Virus record (IMG/VR): IMGVR_UViG_3300022602_000133
Span: 1-54,135 of that record
Source: a virus
Taxonomy: Duplodnaviria > Caudoviricetes
DNA length: 54,135 nucleotides
Strand: one strand, 5' to 3'
The notes under the pieces are model-generated. The model made no database searches, had not been told where the DNA came from, and worked only from the letters and a program-made list of their open reading frames with translations. The position numbers and the translations under genes were made by a program. The number at the start of each line of letters is the position of its first letter. Position 1 is the stretch's first letter. Shown piece by piece: positions 18,162-29,200 of this stretch.

Positions 18162-19711
18162 ATATTTTCTTTCAAGTATTCTATTATACTAGGATAGTCT
18201 TTAACAGCTTCATTCCATGTTGCTGTATGTTTACCTACAGCCTCTACTTGCTTGCTAAAATACTGTTTGGCATCTATCAAATCATATAAGAAATTATAAG
18301 CTGATAGCGTTGACATATCGCAAGGGTTATAATTCATACCTGCAGCAATACAATGAAAACCGCCTTCTGGATTAAATTGGAATCGTTGATATCTTTCCAT
18401 AGAATATGTTTTAACTCCTGGGATTGCTACAGCCTTTGGTTCGCTGAGTGTAGGATCGTAAACACGTTCCAGGTTATCTCTCCAATAATCTGTATCATCT
18501 CTTACGCTTAGTGCATAATGCATGGCTACAAATTCAGCAAATTGTCTAAATTCAGCTTTACATGCTAGGTTAAATCCATCACGTTCGAACCTACTAGATT
18601 GTCCTCTGCTAAGAGCTCTTACAAGATGCATTAAAAATTTGTGTACTGTGTACAACCCATTAGACTCTAATGGTTCAATAAATCCAGCACTTAATCCAAT
18701 AGCACACACATTCTTTTCCCAGACTCTTTCATGAATGCCTGTACGCATTGTAATATTTTTAAATTCTAATCCTTCAGTTTCGTATCCTTTGGATTTTAAT
18801 TTTTCAATAAATTCTGTTTTAGCAGCTTCATCTGAAATGTACTTGTCACTATAAACATATCCTGATCCCATACGGCTCCATAAAGGAATTTCCCACATCC
18901 AACCGTTAGATAATGCGGTACAGTTAGTATACACTACAAGTTGTTTTTCTTTATCTGTGTATTCTATTTTTGTTGCCCAGGCTTTATTATTAGGCAACAT
19001 ATCTGCGTAACTTTCAAACGGAACATTAAGTGCTTTATCTAATAACAAGCTCTTAAATCCTGTGCAATCGATAAACAAATCAGCAGTAACTTTAGTACCA
19101 TCAGCTAGTATTAGATGTTCGACTCCAGTTTCTCCAGTTTGTACATCTTGTACTTCTGCTTGTATATGTGTTAGACGGCCTTTACAATATACATCACGCA
19201 ACCAAATGCCAAACTTAGTTGCATCAAATTGAAATGCTGTTGTTCTTAAATATTGGTATCCTGGTAATACGCCGTTTAAATTTTTATCAAACTTATTAGC
19301 GTTAACTAATGCCATGGTTGAAAAATAACTATCAGCATAACTGCTATTTGGAGTTTCTGGGTACAGAGCTTTCTTAATATGCCAGTCGTTTATACCAGTA
19401 ACCGATTCTTCTAAAACAGGAAAACCGAACGGATAATGAAATCCTGTATCACCTACTTGATAAAAGTCTTCAAATCTAATACTAAGTTTATAAGTAGCAT
19501 CACATGCGGCCATAAAATCAGTATCTTTAATGCCTAGCATGTTTAACCAAACATTTATACCTTGAATAGTGCTTTCGCCTACACCAACTGTTGGCACATC
19601 TGGGCTTTCGATTAAGACAATTTCTTTATTTGGAAATTGATTTACTAGTGTAGCTGCTGTCATCCATCCAGCACTACCACCTCCAACAATTACAATTTTA
19701 TTTGTACGCAT
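18149..19711 (-). CDS. Flavin-dependent halogenase (PrnA/tryptophan halogenase family)
   Basis: GGGSAG, VGVGEST, CDATYKLSIRF (Lys at the PrnA K79 position), DCTGF, WMWEIP, FIEPLESNG. Confidence 0.9.
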   Translation of the reverse strand: MRTNKIVIVGGGSAGWMTAATLVNQFPNKEIVLIESPDVPTVGVGESTIQGINVWLNMLGIKDTDFMAACDATYKLSIRFEDFYQVGDTGFHYPFGFPVLEESVTGINDWHIKKALYPETPNSSYADSYFSTMALVNANKFDKNLNGVLPGYQYLRTTAFQFDATKFGIWLRDVYCKGRLTHIQAEVQDVQTGETGVEHLILADGTKVTADLFIDCTGFKSLLLDKALNVPFESYADMLPNNKAWATKIEYTDKEKQLVVYTNCTALSNGWMWEIPLWSRMGSGYVYSDKYISDEAAKTEFIEKLKSKGYETEGLEFKNITMRTGIHERVWEKNVCAIGLSAGFIEPLESNGLYTVHKFLMHLVRALSRGQSSRFERDGFNLACKAEFRQFAEFVAMHYALSVRDDTDYWRDNLERVYDPTLSEPKAVAIPGVKTYSMERYQRFQFNPEGGFHCIAAGMNYNPCDMSTLSAYNFLYDLIDAKQYFSKQVEAVGKHTATWNEAVKDYPSIIEYLKENIYKN

Positions 19712-19769
19712 ATTATTCCTCTAAGTCTAATATATAGCAATTATATATTAACTAGATTGCAAATGCGAT

Positions 19770-19794
19770 AAAAAAGGAGCCGAAGCTCCTTTTT
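19770..19794. terminator. Intrinsic terminator, potentially bidirectional, C(UUCG)G loop on the minus strand
   Basis: AAAAAAGGAGC-CGAA-GCTCCTTTTT, with A/T tracts on both sides. Confidence 0.9.
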
Positions 19795-19809
19795 ATGAAT
19801 GTAAATAAA

Positions 19810-20181
19810 TTACATTTTTCCGTGGTCGGCTACTTCACTAGCTGGAACAGCAATAGGCTGAGGAGGAGCGTTTTCCAGTCCAGTTGGATGATATGTTTCT
19901 GTAACTTCCAAAGGAGGTAAATTTTCTGGAGGAATATGATCAGCCATAACTTGCTGAGCAACTCCTTCGTGTGCTGCTTTATGTTGGGCATCTAATTCTG
20001 CTGCCGCAGCAGCGTCGGCTTCAACTTGTGCCATTACTTCGGCCCATGTTGGAGGTTCTAAACCTTGAGGATCTTCCCATTGAGTAAAATTAGTACCTTC
20101 TAATTGATAGACGGCACCTGGACGAAGTTTCCACATAGCGACATCGACGCCAAATGTATAAGTTGGTAAAAATTCTGACAT
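19810..20181 (-). CDS. Small acidic fibre-associated protein (XkdW-like/chaperone candidate)
   Basis: AMWKLRPGA...W.DP....PPTW.EV pattern, downstream of the Gly-rich genes, AAGGA RBS. Confidence 0.5.
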   Translation of the reverse strand: MSEFLPTYTFGVDVAMWKLRPGAVYQLEGTNFTQWEDPQGLEPPTWAEVMAQVEADAAAAAELDAQHKAAHEGVAQQVMADHIPPENLPPLEVTETYHPTGLENAPPQPIAVPASEVADHGKM

Positions 20182-20206
20182 AGTTTTTCCTTTATTTCAA
20201 AGACAA

Positions 20207-20214
20207 TATTTATA
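20207..20214 (-). promoter_or_regulatory. T4 late promoter consensus TATAAATA
   Basis: Perfect match on the minus strand, 25 nt upstream of ATG 20181. Confidence 0.7.
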
Positions 20215-20222
20215 TTGACTTA

Positions 20223-23200
20223 TTAATCCCATTTAATAATTACGATACCGTCGGCACCGTGTCCGCCAGCATTATTTGTATTGTAGTGGCTTCCACCACC
20301 ACCACCACCGCCGGTATTTTGTCCAGCATTAGCACCTTGTAGGTTAGCTTGTAGGCCGTTTGCTCCGATGTTTCCACGATCACCCCAATGTAAACTCCAA
20401 CCGCCACCGTATTGACCAGCAATAGCTGAGTTACCGTTACTAACAGCACCTCCACCTCCGCCACCAAGACCGCCAGAGCCGCCATTACTAGAATATCCAG
20501 ATCCAGCGCCGCCGCCAGCAAAATATAGCATGGTTCCCAAATGATTGAATGGCAATCCTGTGCCGCCGTTTGCCGGGCTGGTAGATCCAGCAGTTCCTGC
20601 TCCACCACCACCACCTGGATACCAAGCGTAAATTCCAAATGATCCAGAATTTCCTTGTCCTGCTGTTCCTGATGCTGCTGCACCACCGCCGTAGCCGCCG
20701 GAGCCAGCAGAACCACCGCTTGGTGCTTGTGCTCCTCCCGATGCTCCACCACCTGATCCTCCAGAACTTGCTGGATATCCAGATTGATCATGGAAACTTG
20801 CGCCACCGCCACCGCCGATAGCAGTTAATGTACCAAATACACTATTGCCGCCATTTTGTCCACGTTCAGTAGCACGATCGCGAGCTTGGGCGCCACGGCC
20901 TCCTATGCCAACTGTTACAGAATATGATTGACCTGGTTGCACTTGGTAGCCATCTTTATACAATAATCCACCGGCTCCGCCACCGCCAGCCATATCGCAT
21001 CCGCCGCCTCCGCCGCCGGCAACCACTAGTACTCTAACACTGTTGACACCTGGAGGGCAAGACCATGTGCCCGATTGTAAAAACATACTGCATTTAGTTG
21101 GCATCTGATAGCGAACAATAACAATACCATGTCCGCCTGCGGCACCAATTGCTCCTGCACCACCGCCGCCTCCACCGCCGCCGGTGTAGTTGATACCTTG
21201 GCTACTACCAGCAATTGAGCTGCTCTGTCCCCAGCCTTGTCCGCCACGTCCGCCACTTTGTCCGCCCATGCCAAATGCACTGTTCTGTAAATATGCACCG
21301 ACTGCTGCTCCGCCACCCAATCCATAGTTATTTCTGCCAGCTGGATATCCACCTGCTCCACCGCCGCCACCATATGGCATTGCTCGTCCGGAAATATCAT
21401 ATAATACTCCAACGCCGCCGTTGCCTCCTGAGTCTCCTAATCCATCACAGTATCCTGGGCCACCGGCTCCGCCGCCGCCACCTGCTCCTGCATTACTGAG
21501 CGTAACATTTCCTCCGCCGGCATTTCCAGCTCCTGGTTGATAACCAGTAGAATATGAGCTGTATGCTACACCGCCACCTGATCCACCGGCCCCGTTAGTG
21601 CCAGTGCTACCGCTATTGTATGGTTGGCCGGCTCCGCCGCCTAATGCAAATATATTTCCAAATTGGCTGTAACCTCCTTGATTTCCAACAACGTTATTTC
21701 CGTTTACTAACTGTCCGCCTGCACCTACTACTACAGGAATACTTGTTCTTGCAGTAACAGCATACTGAGCATTATAAATTACTCCGCCTGCTCCGCCTCC
21801 ACCTCGCGGTCCGTTACCATTGTTGTTACCGTCATATGTACTAGCACCGCTACCACCTCCGCCTACTACAAGAACTTCTACGTTGCCTGTAAAGTTAGGA
21901 GTAAAATACTGAGCGCCGCCAATATTACGATAAAAATGTGTTCTATATCCATTTGCTTCGATATCAGTAGCTGTATAAACTTCTGGCTTCCAAATATATA
22001 CGCCTGATACACCGTCACCTGTATACGTTACGTTTGTAGTGCCAGTACTTGAATTTGACAACGCCCACACATAGTCCGACGATGTATTTGCCTGATACCA
22101 ATAAGTAGATTTTAAACGCATCCAACCATTACCTGCATCAAATACTTCACCAATTGCACCAGTACTTTGGGTCACTGTTCTGTTAATTAAGTCAAAGTAA
22201 TTATATGCGTAACCGCCAGATCCGCCGTGACGCATTAAGAAATATTGACGACTACGATATTTTACATAAACACTCATGACACTCATGAATCCATATCCGC
22301 TACCATTACTTGGCAACTGATAAATTCTATGGTCAATATTAGCTGATGTGTTTTCAGTCATTATAAACGCAGTGCTACTACCATCAGGTGCTATTTGACC
22401 TGTAGTTATTGTAACGTTATTCTGCGTCCAAATAGCGTTTGTTAAATCATTACTATAAGTTAACATGTTTGAACTAGCATAGTTCACTTTAGGTTGACTA
22501 GATTTCCAACCATAAACATCGCTAGTTTCTAAAACTTGGCCGTCGGTATTATAACGTAATTGTCCAATATCTGCATCATTATTATATCGAATAATAATAA
22601 CACCGCTACCGCCTGAACCAGTAGACCCTCCAGCTCCGCCACCGCCACCGCCTCCGGTGTTAGGTACTCCATTAGGGCTTGCTCCGCCGTTGCTATTTCT
22701 ATTATCTCCATCGCCACCGCCGCCAAGGCCACCACGAATCATATAATTAGTACCGCCGGCACTTCCTCCTCCGCCATACCACTGACTTGTTCCAGTAATA
22801 TTAAATGGTAAACCGTTACCGCCAGCAGCTCCATAACCCAAGTTTTCACCTCCTGGTCCGCCTGCACCGCCACCCCCGCCACCTCCGTAAGAGCCGTTTT
22901 GCAAACTTACTCCAGCGCTGCCACCGCCTGGATATCCTTGTCCGTAGATTGCGCGGCCACCGCCTCGAGTTGCAGGTGTATATAATTGTCCTAGTGCGTT
23001 TGGCCCAGTTGAGTTTCCACCACCTCCGCTTGCACCATCATATCCTTGACATTGGTAATAGTAGCCACCACCGCCACCACCATATGCAATGATAGTTCCA
23101 AACACGCTATTGCCTCCAGCTTGACTTGGTTGTCCTGGAGATCCGCCACCACCGACAGTATAACTAACTGATCCACCTGGAGTTACAGCATAGTTTGATT

Positions 23201-23432
23201 GATAAACAACTCCTCCTGCGCCCCCTCCAGCTGCAACGTCAGCTCCTGATCCGCCTCCGCCGCCTACTACTAGTACTTGTACGTTACTAACACCTGCCGG
23301 AACGTTCCAAGTTCCCGACCCTACACTGGTTAATTGAACTACTGTAGCCGATGCTTGACTTGAACGCTGTCCCGATGTTCCTGCAGGAACACTTGCTGAT
23401 CCTGTAACTGTGGTATTTTTTAATGTTGCCAT
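20223..23432 (-). CDS. Glycine-rich adhesin-like virion protein (3 Gly-rich domains plus a beta-sandwich module)
   Basis: Three V.VLVV(G/A)GGG...GGGG(G)AGG...TGGGGGG...G.VI(IR/VR/IK) domains; central NMLTYSN...APDG...GNGW.RL module. Confidence 0.75.
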   Translation of the reverse strand: MATLKNTTVTGSASVPAGTSGQRSSQASATVVQLTSVGSGTWNVPAGVSNVQVLVVGGGGGSGADVAAGGGAGGVVYQSNYAVTPGGSVSYTVGGGGSPGQPSQAGGNSVFGTIIAYGGGGGGYYYQCQGYDGASGGGGNSTGPNALGQLYTPATRGGGRAIYGQGYPGGGSAGVSLQNGSYGGGGGGGAGGPGGENLGYGAAGGNGLPFNITGTSQWYGGGGSAGGTNYMIRGGLGGGGDGDNRNSNGGASPNGVPNTGGGGGGGAGGSTGSGGSGVIIIRYNNDADIGQLRYNTDGQVLETSDVYGWKSSQPKVNYASSNMLTYSNDLTNAIWTQNNVTITTGQIAPDGSSTAFIMTENTSANIDHRIYQLPSNGSGYGFMSVMSVYVKYRSRQYFLMRHGGSGGYAYNYFDLINRTVTQSTGAIGEVFDAGNGWMRLKSTYWYQANTSSDYVWALSNSSTGTTNVTYTGDGVSGVYIWKPEVYTATDIEANGYRTHFYRNIGGAQYFTPNFTGNVEVLVVGGGGSGASTYDGNNNGNGPRGGGGAGGVIYNAQYAVTARTSIPVVVGAGGQLVNGNNVVGNQGGYSQFGNIFALGGGAGQPYNSGSTGTNGAGGSGGGVAYSSYSTGYQPGAGNAGGGNVTLSNAGAGGGGGAGGPGYCDGLGDSGGNGGVGVLYDISGRAMPYGGGGGAGGYPAGRNNYGLGGGAAVGAYLQNSAFGMGGQSGGRGGQGWGQSSSIAGSSQGINYTGGGGGGGGAGAIGAAGGHGIVIVRYQMPTKCSMFLQSGTWSCPPGVNSVRVLVVAGGGGGGCDMAGGGGAGGLLYKDGYQVQPGQSYSVTVGIGGRGAQARDRATERGQNGGNSVFGTLTAIGGGGGASFHDQSGYPASSGGSGGGASGGAQAPSGGSAGSGGYGGGAAASGTAGQGNSGSFGIYAWYPGGGGGAGTAGSTSPANGGTGLPFNHLGTMLYFAGGGAGSGYSSNGGSGGLGGGGGGAVSNGNSAIAGQYGGGWSLHWGDRGNIGANGLQANLQGANAGQNTGGGGGGGSHYNTNNAGGHGADGIVIIKWD

Positions 23433-23454
23433 TTATATTAAATCCAATTTTGAA

Positions 23455-23461
23455 ATATTTA
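23455..23461 (-). promoter_or_regulatory. Late promoter-like TAAATA
   Basis: TATTTA at 23456-23461 in the gap upstream of ATG 23432. Confidence 0.5.
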
Positions 23462-26209
23462 TTAAGGTCCGCCTGGTGTCCAACGAATTACGACACATCC
23501 GCAACCGCCTTTACCACCATTGATGAATCCAGTGCTATATGCTCCGCCTGCTCCGCCGCCACCACCGGTTCCTGGAACTCCGTGTGTAGCATTGTAATAG
23601 CCGATGCTTGATCCACTTTGACTTCCTCCTCCAGATCCTCCACCACCAATGCCGCCTTGGCCGCGTTTAGCAGCAGCACTTTCGCCACCACCGCCACCAC
23701 CGCCACCGTAGCCTTTTAAGAATCCTTCAATAGCATAGTATACTCCATCACCGCCATTACCACTGAATCCACGGCTAGTATCGTTAGGATTTACAAAACT
23801 TGTTTGTCCTGCTGTGCTTGCACCACCGCCACCACCGCCCATATAGAAACCATTGTATGCTTGTGGGCCAAGAGCATTTCCGCCAGAGTTGCCCATTCCA
23901 GTAATACCAGATCCACCGCTGATAGTGCCGTTAGTTCCGCCACCAGCACCGCCTCCAGATCCGCCAGATCCGCCTGCTTGGTTATTCCATGCGCCACCAT
24001 AGCCTCCACCGTTGGCTACCACAGCATCAAATTGACTGTTGCCTCCAACTGATCCAACGGTCGAATTAGTTCCACCATTAACAGCTTGACTTCCGCCGCC
24101 TCCGGCTCCGCCATCTCCTACTACAACTGTATATGTATTACCTGCTGTGATAGCATATTCCGGCATGTAGATAACTCCTCCGGCTCCACCGCCTCCGGCT
24201 CCACCGTTACCAGAGCCACCGCCGCCACCGCCGCCAACTACTAGTAATTCTACTTTAGTTACGCCTGTTGGTGCTGTCCAACTTGTGGTTATTGGTCTGT
24301 CCCATTTTAATGCTACAGTTCCTGGATCCATTGACAGATATCTTACACAGACAAATCCGCTGCCGCCAAAACCTCCTGGATTTCCATAGTTATAGTGACT
24401 TCCGCCTCCGCCTCCACCACCAGTATTTTGCCCGCCGTTACCACCAGCTTGGTTAGATTGAGCGCTAGATTGGCCGCCGCCGCCTCGTTGTCCACGGTTT
24501 AATCCGCCTAAGCCACCTTGTGTATATCCAATGGCTCCTCCACCACCGCCTCCACGGCCTCCGTCTCCACCATTAACATCTGAGTAAGTGCTGCCACCTC
24601 CACCACCTCCATACCACTGCATTTGTCCAGTGATATCAAAAGCCAGTCCGGGACCACCGTGTGGTTGAGAGTTGGCATTCACGCCTGGACCGCCAGCGCC
24701 TCCGCCGCCGCCTGGATAATAAGAACTGTAGCCGTATCCACCATTATGCCCTTGGCCTGGTGTTCCCAATCCGCCTGCACCATAAGTTTGACTGCCTGGA
24801 GTTGTATTAGGAGTTACACCGTTATTATATCCAGAGCCGCCGCCACCAGAACCGCCGTTATTTCCATAACTGTATGTGTTAACTGTCCAGTAACTACTTC
24901 CTCCAGCTCCGCCGCCATAGGCAATTAAACTGTCAAATACACTATTACCGCCGTTGGTTCCTTTATTTTGTTGGTGTCCAGTAGCAGTTAAATAACCTGC
25001 GCCAGTTCCGCCAATACCAACACCAACCATAATTGGCACGTTGGCTGCAACAAAGTATGCTGGATCGTATAGTACTCCTCCACCGCCACCGCCACCACCC
25101 ATATCTGAACCACCACCACCACCGCCACCTACTACTAGGACTTCTACAAATCCTGAGTAAGCTGGGGTAAACGCACTAGTGCCAGAAGTAAATGAGTGTA
25201 TTTTATAACCTTTGTGGTATCCTATAACATGACCGCCAGCGCCACTTACGCTAGCACTATTTTGTGTAACACTGGCAGATGCTACTGGCGCCCAATATGC
25301 TCCGTTAAAAGTTTCTGTAATTTGTAATTCAATATTGAAACGAACAGTTCCAATAGCAGCACTAGTTGTATAACGAAGAATTACACAACCTGAATTTCCA
25401 GGGCTTCCGCTATTAGCTGTATTTCCTGCCCACGTGCCACCAGTAGTTCCGCCGGCGCCGTTACCGCCAAACCCATAAACACCGATAAAATTGTTAGAAG
25501 AATCATAACCAGCACCGTAAATAATACTGCCGTCATTTGAGCCGTAGCCGCCGCCAGCATAAGCTGCACGAGTACCAGTGATCGAATAATAGACTGGAAT
25601 ACCGCCGCGTGCCTGATACGCATTAGAATTTTGACCTAGCCCAGAAAATCCCGGGCCACCTGCGCCGCCGCCAGATCCACCACTCCAAGTACCGGCACTT
25701 GAAGCTCCACCTGGATTACCTTGTCCAGGATAAGAACTTGCACCGCCAGCACCGCCAGCTGCACCACCTTGATAGTCGCCACCACCACCACCGCTGGCTC
25801 CAGCTGATCCTGGGCCATTTCCTGAATAACTGCCGCCTCCGCCACCGCCATAAGCAATTAATTGGTCAAATTGACTTTGACTTCCGTTGCCGCCTTTTTG
25901 TGGGTTAGCTGTTGGTGCTGATCCGCCACCGCCTACTACTACTGTATAACTATTTCCTGCCGTAACTGGATAACGGCTATTGTATACAACTCCGCCTGCA
26001 CCGCCACCACCTCCTACGTCCCACCCACCTGCTCCACCACCGCCTATGACTAGTACTTCTACGGCACTAACACCTGTTGGTGCGGTCCAAGATGTTGAAC
26101 CAACTGTGGTAAATTGTGTCACTGTTGTATAAGGACGTTGGGCACTTGTACCCTTTGGTAGTGAAATGTAACTTGAGTCTGATATGCTTAAATTTGTTAA
26201 TGTTGACAT
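23462..26209 (-). CDS. Glycine-rich adhesin-like virion protein (3 Gly-rich domains)
   Basis: Same domain repeated three times; N-terminus paralogous to the neighbours (PKGTSAQR). Confidence 0.75.
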   Translation of the reverse strand: MSTLTNLSISDSSYISLPKGTSAQRPYTTVTQFTTVGSTSWTAPTGVSAVEVLVIGGGGAGGWDVGGGGGAGGVVYNSRYPVTAGNSYTVVVGGGGSAPTANPQKGGNGSQSQFDQLIAYGGGGGGSYSGNGPGSAGASGGGGGDYQGGAAGGAGGASSYPGQGNPGGASSAGTWSGGSGGGAGGPGFSGLGQNSNAYQARGGIPVYYSITGTRAAYAGGGYGSNDGSIIYGAGYDSSNNFIGVYGFGGNGAGGTTGGTWAGNTANSGSPGNSGCVILRYTTSAAIGTVRFNIELQITETFNGAYWAPVASASVTQNSASVSGAGGHVIGYHKGYKIHSFTSGTSAFTPAYSGFVEVLVVGGGGGGGSDMGGGGGGGGVLYDPAYFVAANVPIMVGVGIGGTGAGYLTATGHQQNKGTNGGNSVFDSLIAYGGGAGGSSYWTVNTYSYGNNGGSGGGGSGYNNGVTPNTTPGSQTYGAGGLGTPGQGHNGGYGYSSYYPGGGGGAGGPGVNANSQPHGGPGLAFDITGQMQWYGGGGGGSTYSDVNGGDGGRGGGGGGAIGYTQGGLGGLNRGQRGGGGQSSAQSNQAGGNGGQNTGGGGGGGSHYNYGNPGGFGGSGFVCVRYLSMDPGTVALKWDRPITTSWTAPTGVTKVELLVVGGGGGGGSGNGGAGGGGAGGVIYMPEYAITAGNTYTVVVGDGGAGGGGSQAVNGGTNSTVGSVGGNSQFDAVVANGGGYGGAWNNQAGGSGGSGGGAGGGTNGTISGGSGITGMGNSGGNALGPQAYNGFYMGGGGGGASTAGQTSFVNPNDTSRGFSGNGGDGVYYAIEGFLKGYGGGGGGGGESAAAKRGQGGIGGGGSGGGSQSGSSIGYYNATHGVPGTGGGGGAGGAYSTGFINGGKGGCGCVVIRWTPGGP

Positions 26210-26211
26210 TA

Positions 26212-29200
26212 TTATATTCCGTGTCTACCGCGTTCTGCGTTAAAATTCTGAGCTACTTCTTGAGCTGTTAATGGTCTATTGTAAATTCTACAAATTGATA
26301 GTTTTCCGTTCAAATATCCACCATAAGTTCCAGTAGTTACATAACCTGTAATATAAAATGGACTGTTTGTATAGTTTGTTTGACTTGATTCAAGAACACC
26401 GTTTATGTACAAATAAGTATTGTTAGTGTCAAACACACCAATAGCATGATACCAACGACCTGGCACATGTACAGTTGTTGAATTAAGATCGTTATATGAA
26501 CTACTAGTAGTTCCAATAACTTCCCAACGCATAGTTGCATTTGAATTCATATAGAAATTCAAATAACTGGGAGTAGGACTTATGCTTAAAAATCCTTGTC
26601 CGCTGCTGATGCTGTTGAGGAAATACCAACATTCAAATGATCCGCCACTGTGGAAATCAAAATTGTATGTGATTGGAGTAGTCGTATAACTGTTACTTCC
26701 GTTGTAAACTAAAGCCTTATACTGATTGTCATAGGTAATATTGTTGTTTACCATGACCATGTGATAGAAACCTTTAATGTCATACCACTGATAAGGATCC
26801 ACTGGATCATCATTTAACAACGCACTGAGGCTGGGTTCAGTACCATCTAAAGGATCAACACGAGGTCTGTAAAACTGTTGACGAGCACTTGTATCACTTG
26901 TATAATACAAATATGTACGTTGATTAATACTGCTGCTACTCATCACAAAATCAGTCTGTCCACCGTACATCTTGTAGTCGGGGCCGCCTTCAACAGTATA
27001 CAGTCCGCTTTGAGGATGTAAGTTAGTTGCACCACTCTGACGACTGTTTGGATGACAATGTGCTACCCACAAAAACCATTGGTTTATCTGTACTGGCCAC
27101 CCAAGTGCATAAAAATAAGGATTGCCGTTGGCTGAAAGATCGCTGGTGTTATTAACGTTGTTGGTGCCAAAATATGTGGTGCCAGTGCCAATAACTGTTC
27201 TACGAATCCATTCTGTAAAACGATGAGGTTTGGCCGGATCCACTGTGAAGGTATTACTGTTCCATCCGCCTTCACCGTTGTTAGTTGCTTGGGCACGAGC
27301 TTCCCAAAGAATGTTATAACGACCCCAAGGATCGCTGCCAATCAAACGCTGATTAGCACTGGTAGTACCGTTTAAGTTAAATGTACCAATACTATTATTA
27401 CCTGTATCCCATACATTATCATCTAATAATTTTTGTGGATAAAATACTTTACTTCTAGGATGGCCTGCATCCCAGTGTGCTATCAAACCTTTACCAACAA
27501 TTTCATGACTGGCTGATTGTGTGATCCAGCCTTTATCACCATTATACAATTCAAAATTGCTGGTTGTTGTGTTGTATCTAATCAATCCGCGATTGGTACT
27601 GCCCTGTCCTGGTAGACTGTTGTATCTTATAATAACAACACCGCTGCCTCCGCTGGCTGAGGTAATTGCTGCTGCATTGGCACTACTCACATTATTTGAA
27701 TTTCCACCTGCGCCGCCGCCTGTTCCAGGAGATCCGTTATATCCGCCTGCAGAATTACCGGTTGAACTAATTGCTTGTGCTCCACCACCGCCGCCTCCAA
27801 CACCGCCAGCGCCTGGTTTTCTGCCACTGAGCGTAGGAGGATCTGTCCAATCGGCTGCACCACCACCTCCACCGCCAGCATAATAAGTTGCGTAACCTGT
27901 AATTGAAAATAGCAATCCTGGACCGCCTTGTCCTGCTTGAGTGTCGGTTGAGTTGTTTCCAACTCCGCCTGCGCCTCCACCGCCACCCCCAGTGCGAACT
28001 ACACCTCCACCAGTGCCGCCTGCAAATCCCTGGCCGCTTGTGCCTGCGGCTCCTGAGTTTACTTGATAAGACCCGCCGCCTCCAGATCCGCCTACAGCTG
28101 CAGATACTCCATTATAACTTCCGCCTCTTCCACCGCCAATTGCTGTTAATGAATCAAATATACTATTACCGCCATTGTTTCCTGGAGTATTTTGACCGGT
28201 TACACCTGCGCCTCCAGCGCCAACTGTTACTGTATAGCTATTTCCTGGTATAACTGTATAAGCTGAATTATATATAACTCCGCCTGCACCGCCACCGCCA
28301 CCGCCAGTGGCGTAATCACCATTACTTGCGCCACCGCCACCAGCAACTACCAATACTTCAACACTGGCCACGTTTGTGGGTGCTGTCCAAGTTGTTGATC
28401 CTGGTTTGCTAAAAATTTCCACAGTTTCGGTTGAATAATTAATGATAACGACCCCAGAACCGCCAGCACCACCGGCGTAACCTTGAGTCCCGCCGCCACC
28501 ACCGCCACCTGTACCAGCAGTACCAGGTTGTCCTATAGTATTGTTATATCCATAAGGACTACTTGTGCCGCCACCGTAACCGCCGCCACCAGCTCCACCT
28601 ACACCAGGCCAACCATGGACTTGTGCGCCAGCGCCTCCGCCGCCGCCTCCAGCATACCAAGTTGGTACTCCTGAAATAGCATATAGTAATCCTTGTCCGC
28701 CTGTTCCTGCGATTTCTTTTACGTTACTGTTACTACCTGCACTGCCTGCGCCACCACCACCACCGCCGGTATAATATGTTCTATTACCTTGCCCACCACT
28801 ATTTCCTTGGTTAGCTGTTCCGCTGGCGTTTAAATTTGAATCAATGGAGCCGCCACCACCAGATCCGCCATTAGCACCGTTATCTGGATTACCAGAGTCT
28901 GAGCCACCACCACCACCACCAATAGCTGTTAATGTATCAAAAACACTATTGCCACCGCTAACACCTGAACCTATATTACTGCCGCCGTTTTGGCCGCCAG
29001 AGCCTGCTACACCACTAGCACCACCAGCACCGCCAGATCCTACCGTGACAGTATAACTATTTCCTGGCGTTACGGTATATGCTGGGTTATAAATTAAACC
29101 GCCAGCACCTCCACCGCCCCCAAACGAAAAACCACCTCCGCCTCCACCGGCAACTACTAGAACTTTTATTTTAGTCACGCCCGCTGGTGCCACCCAGGAT

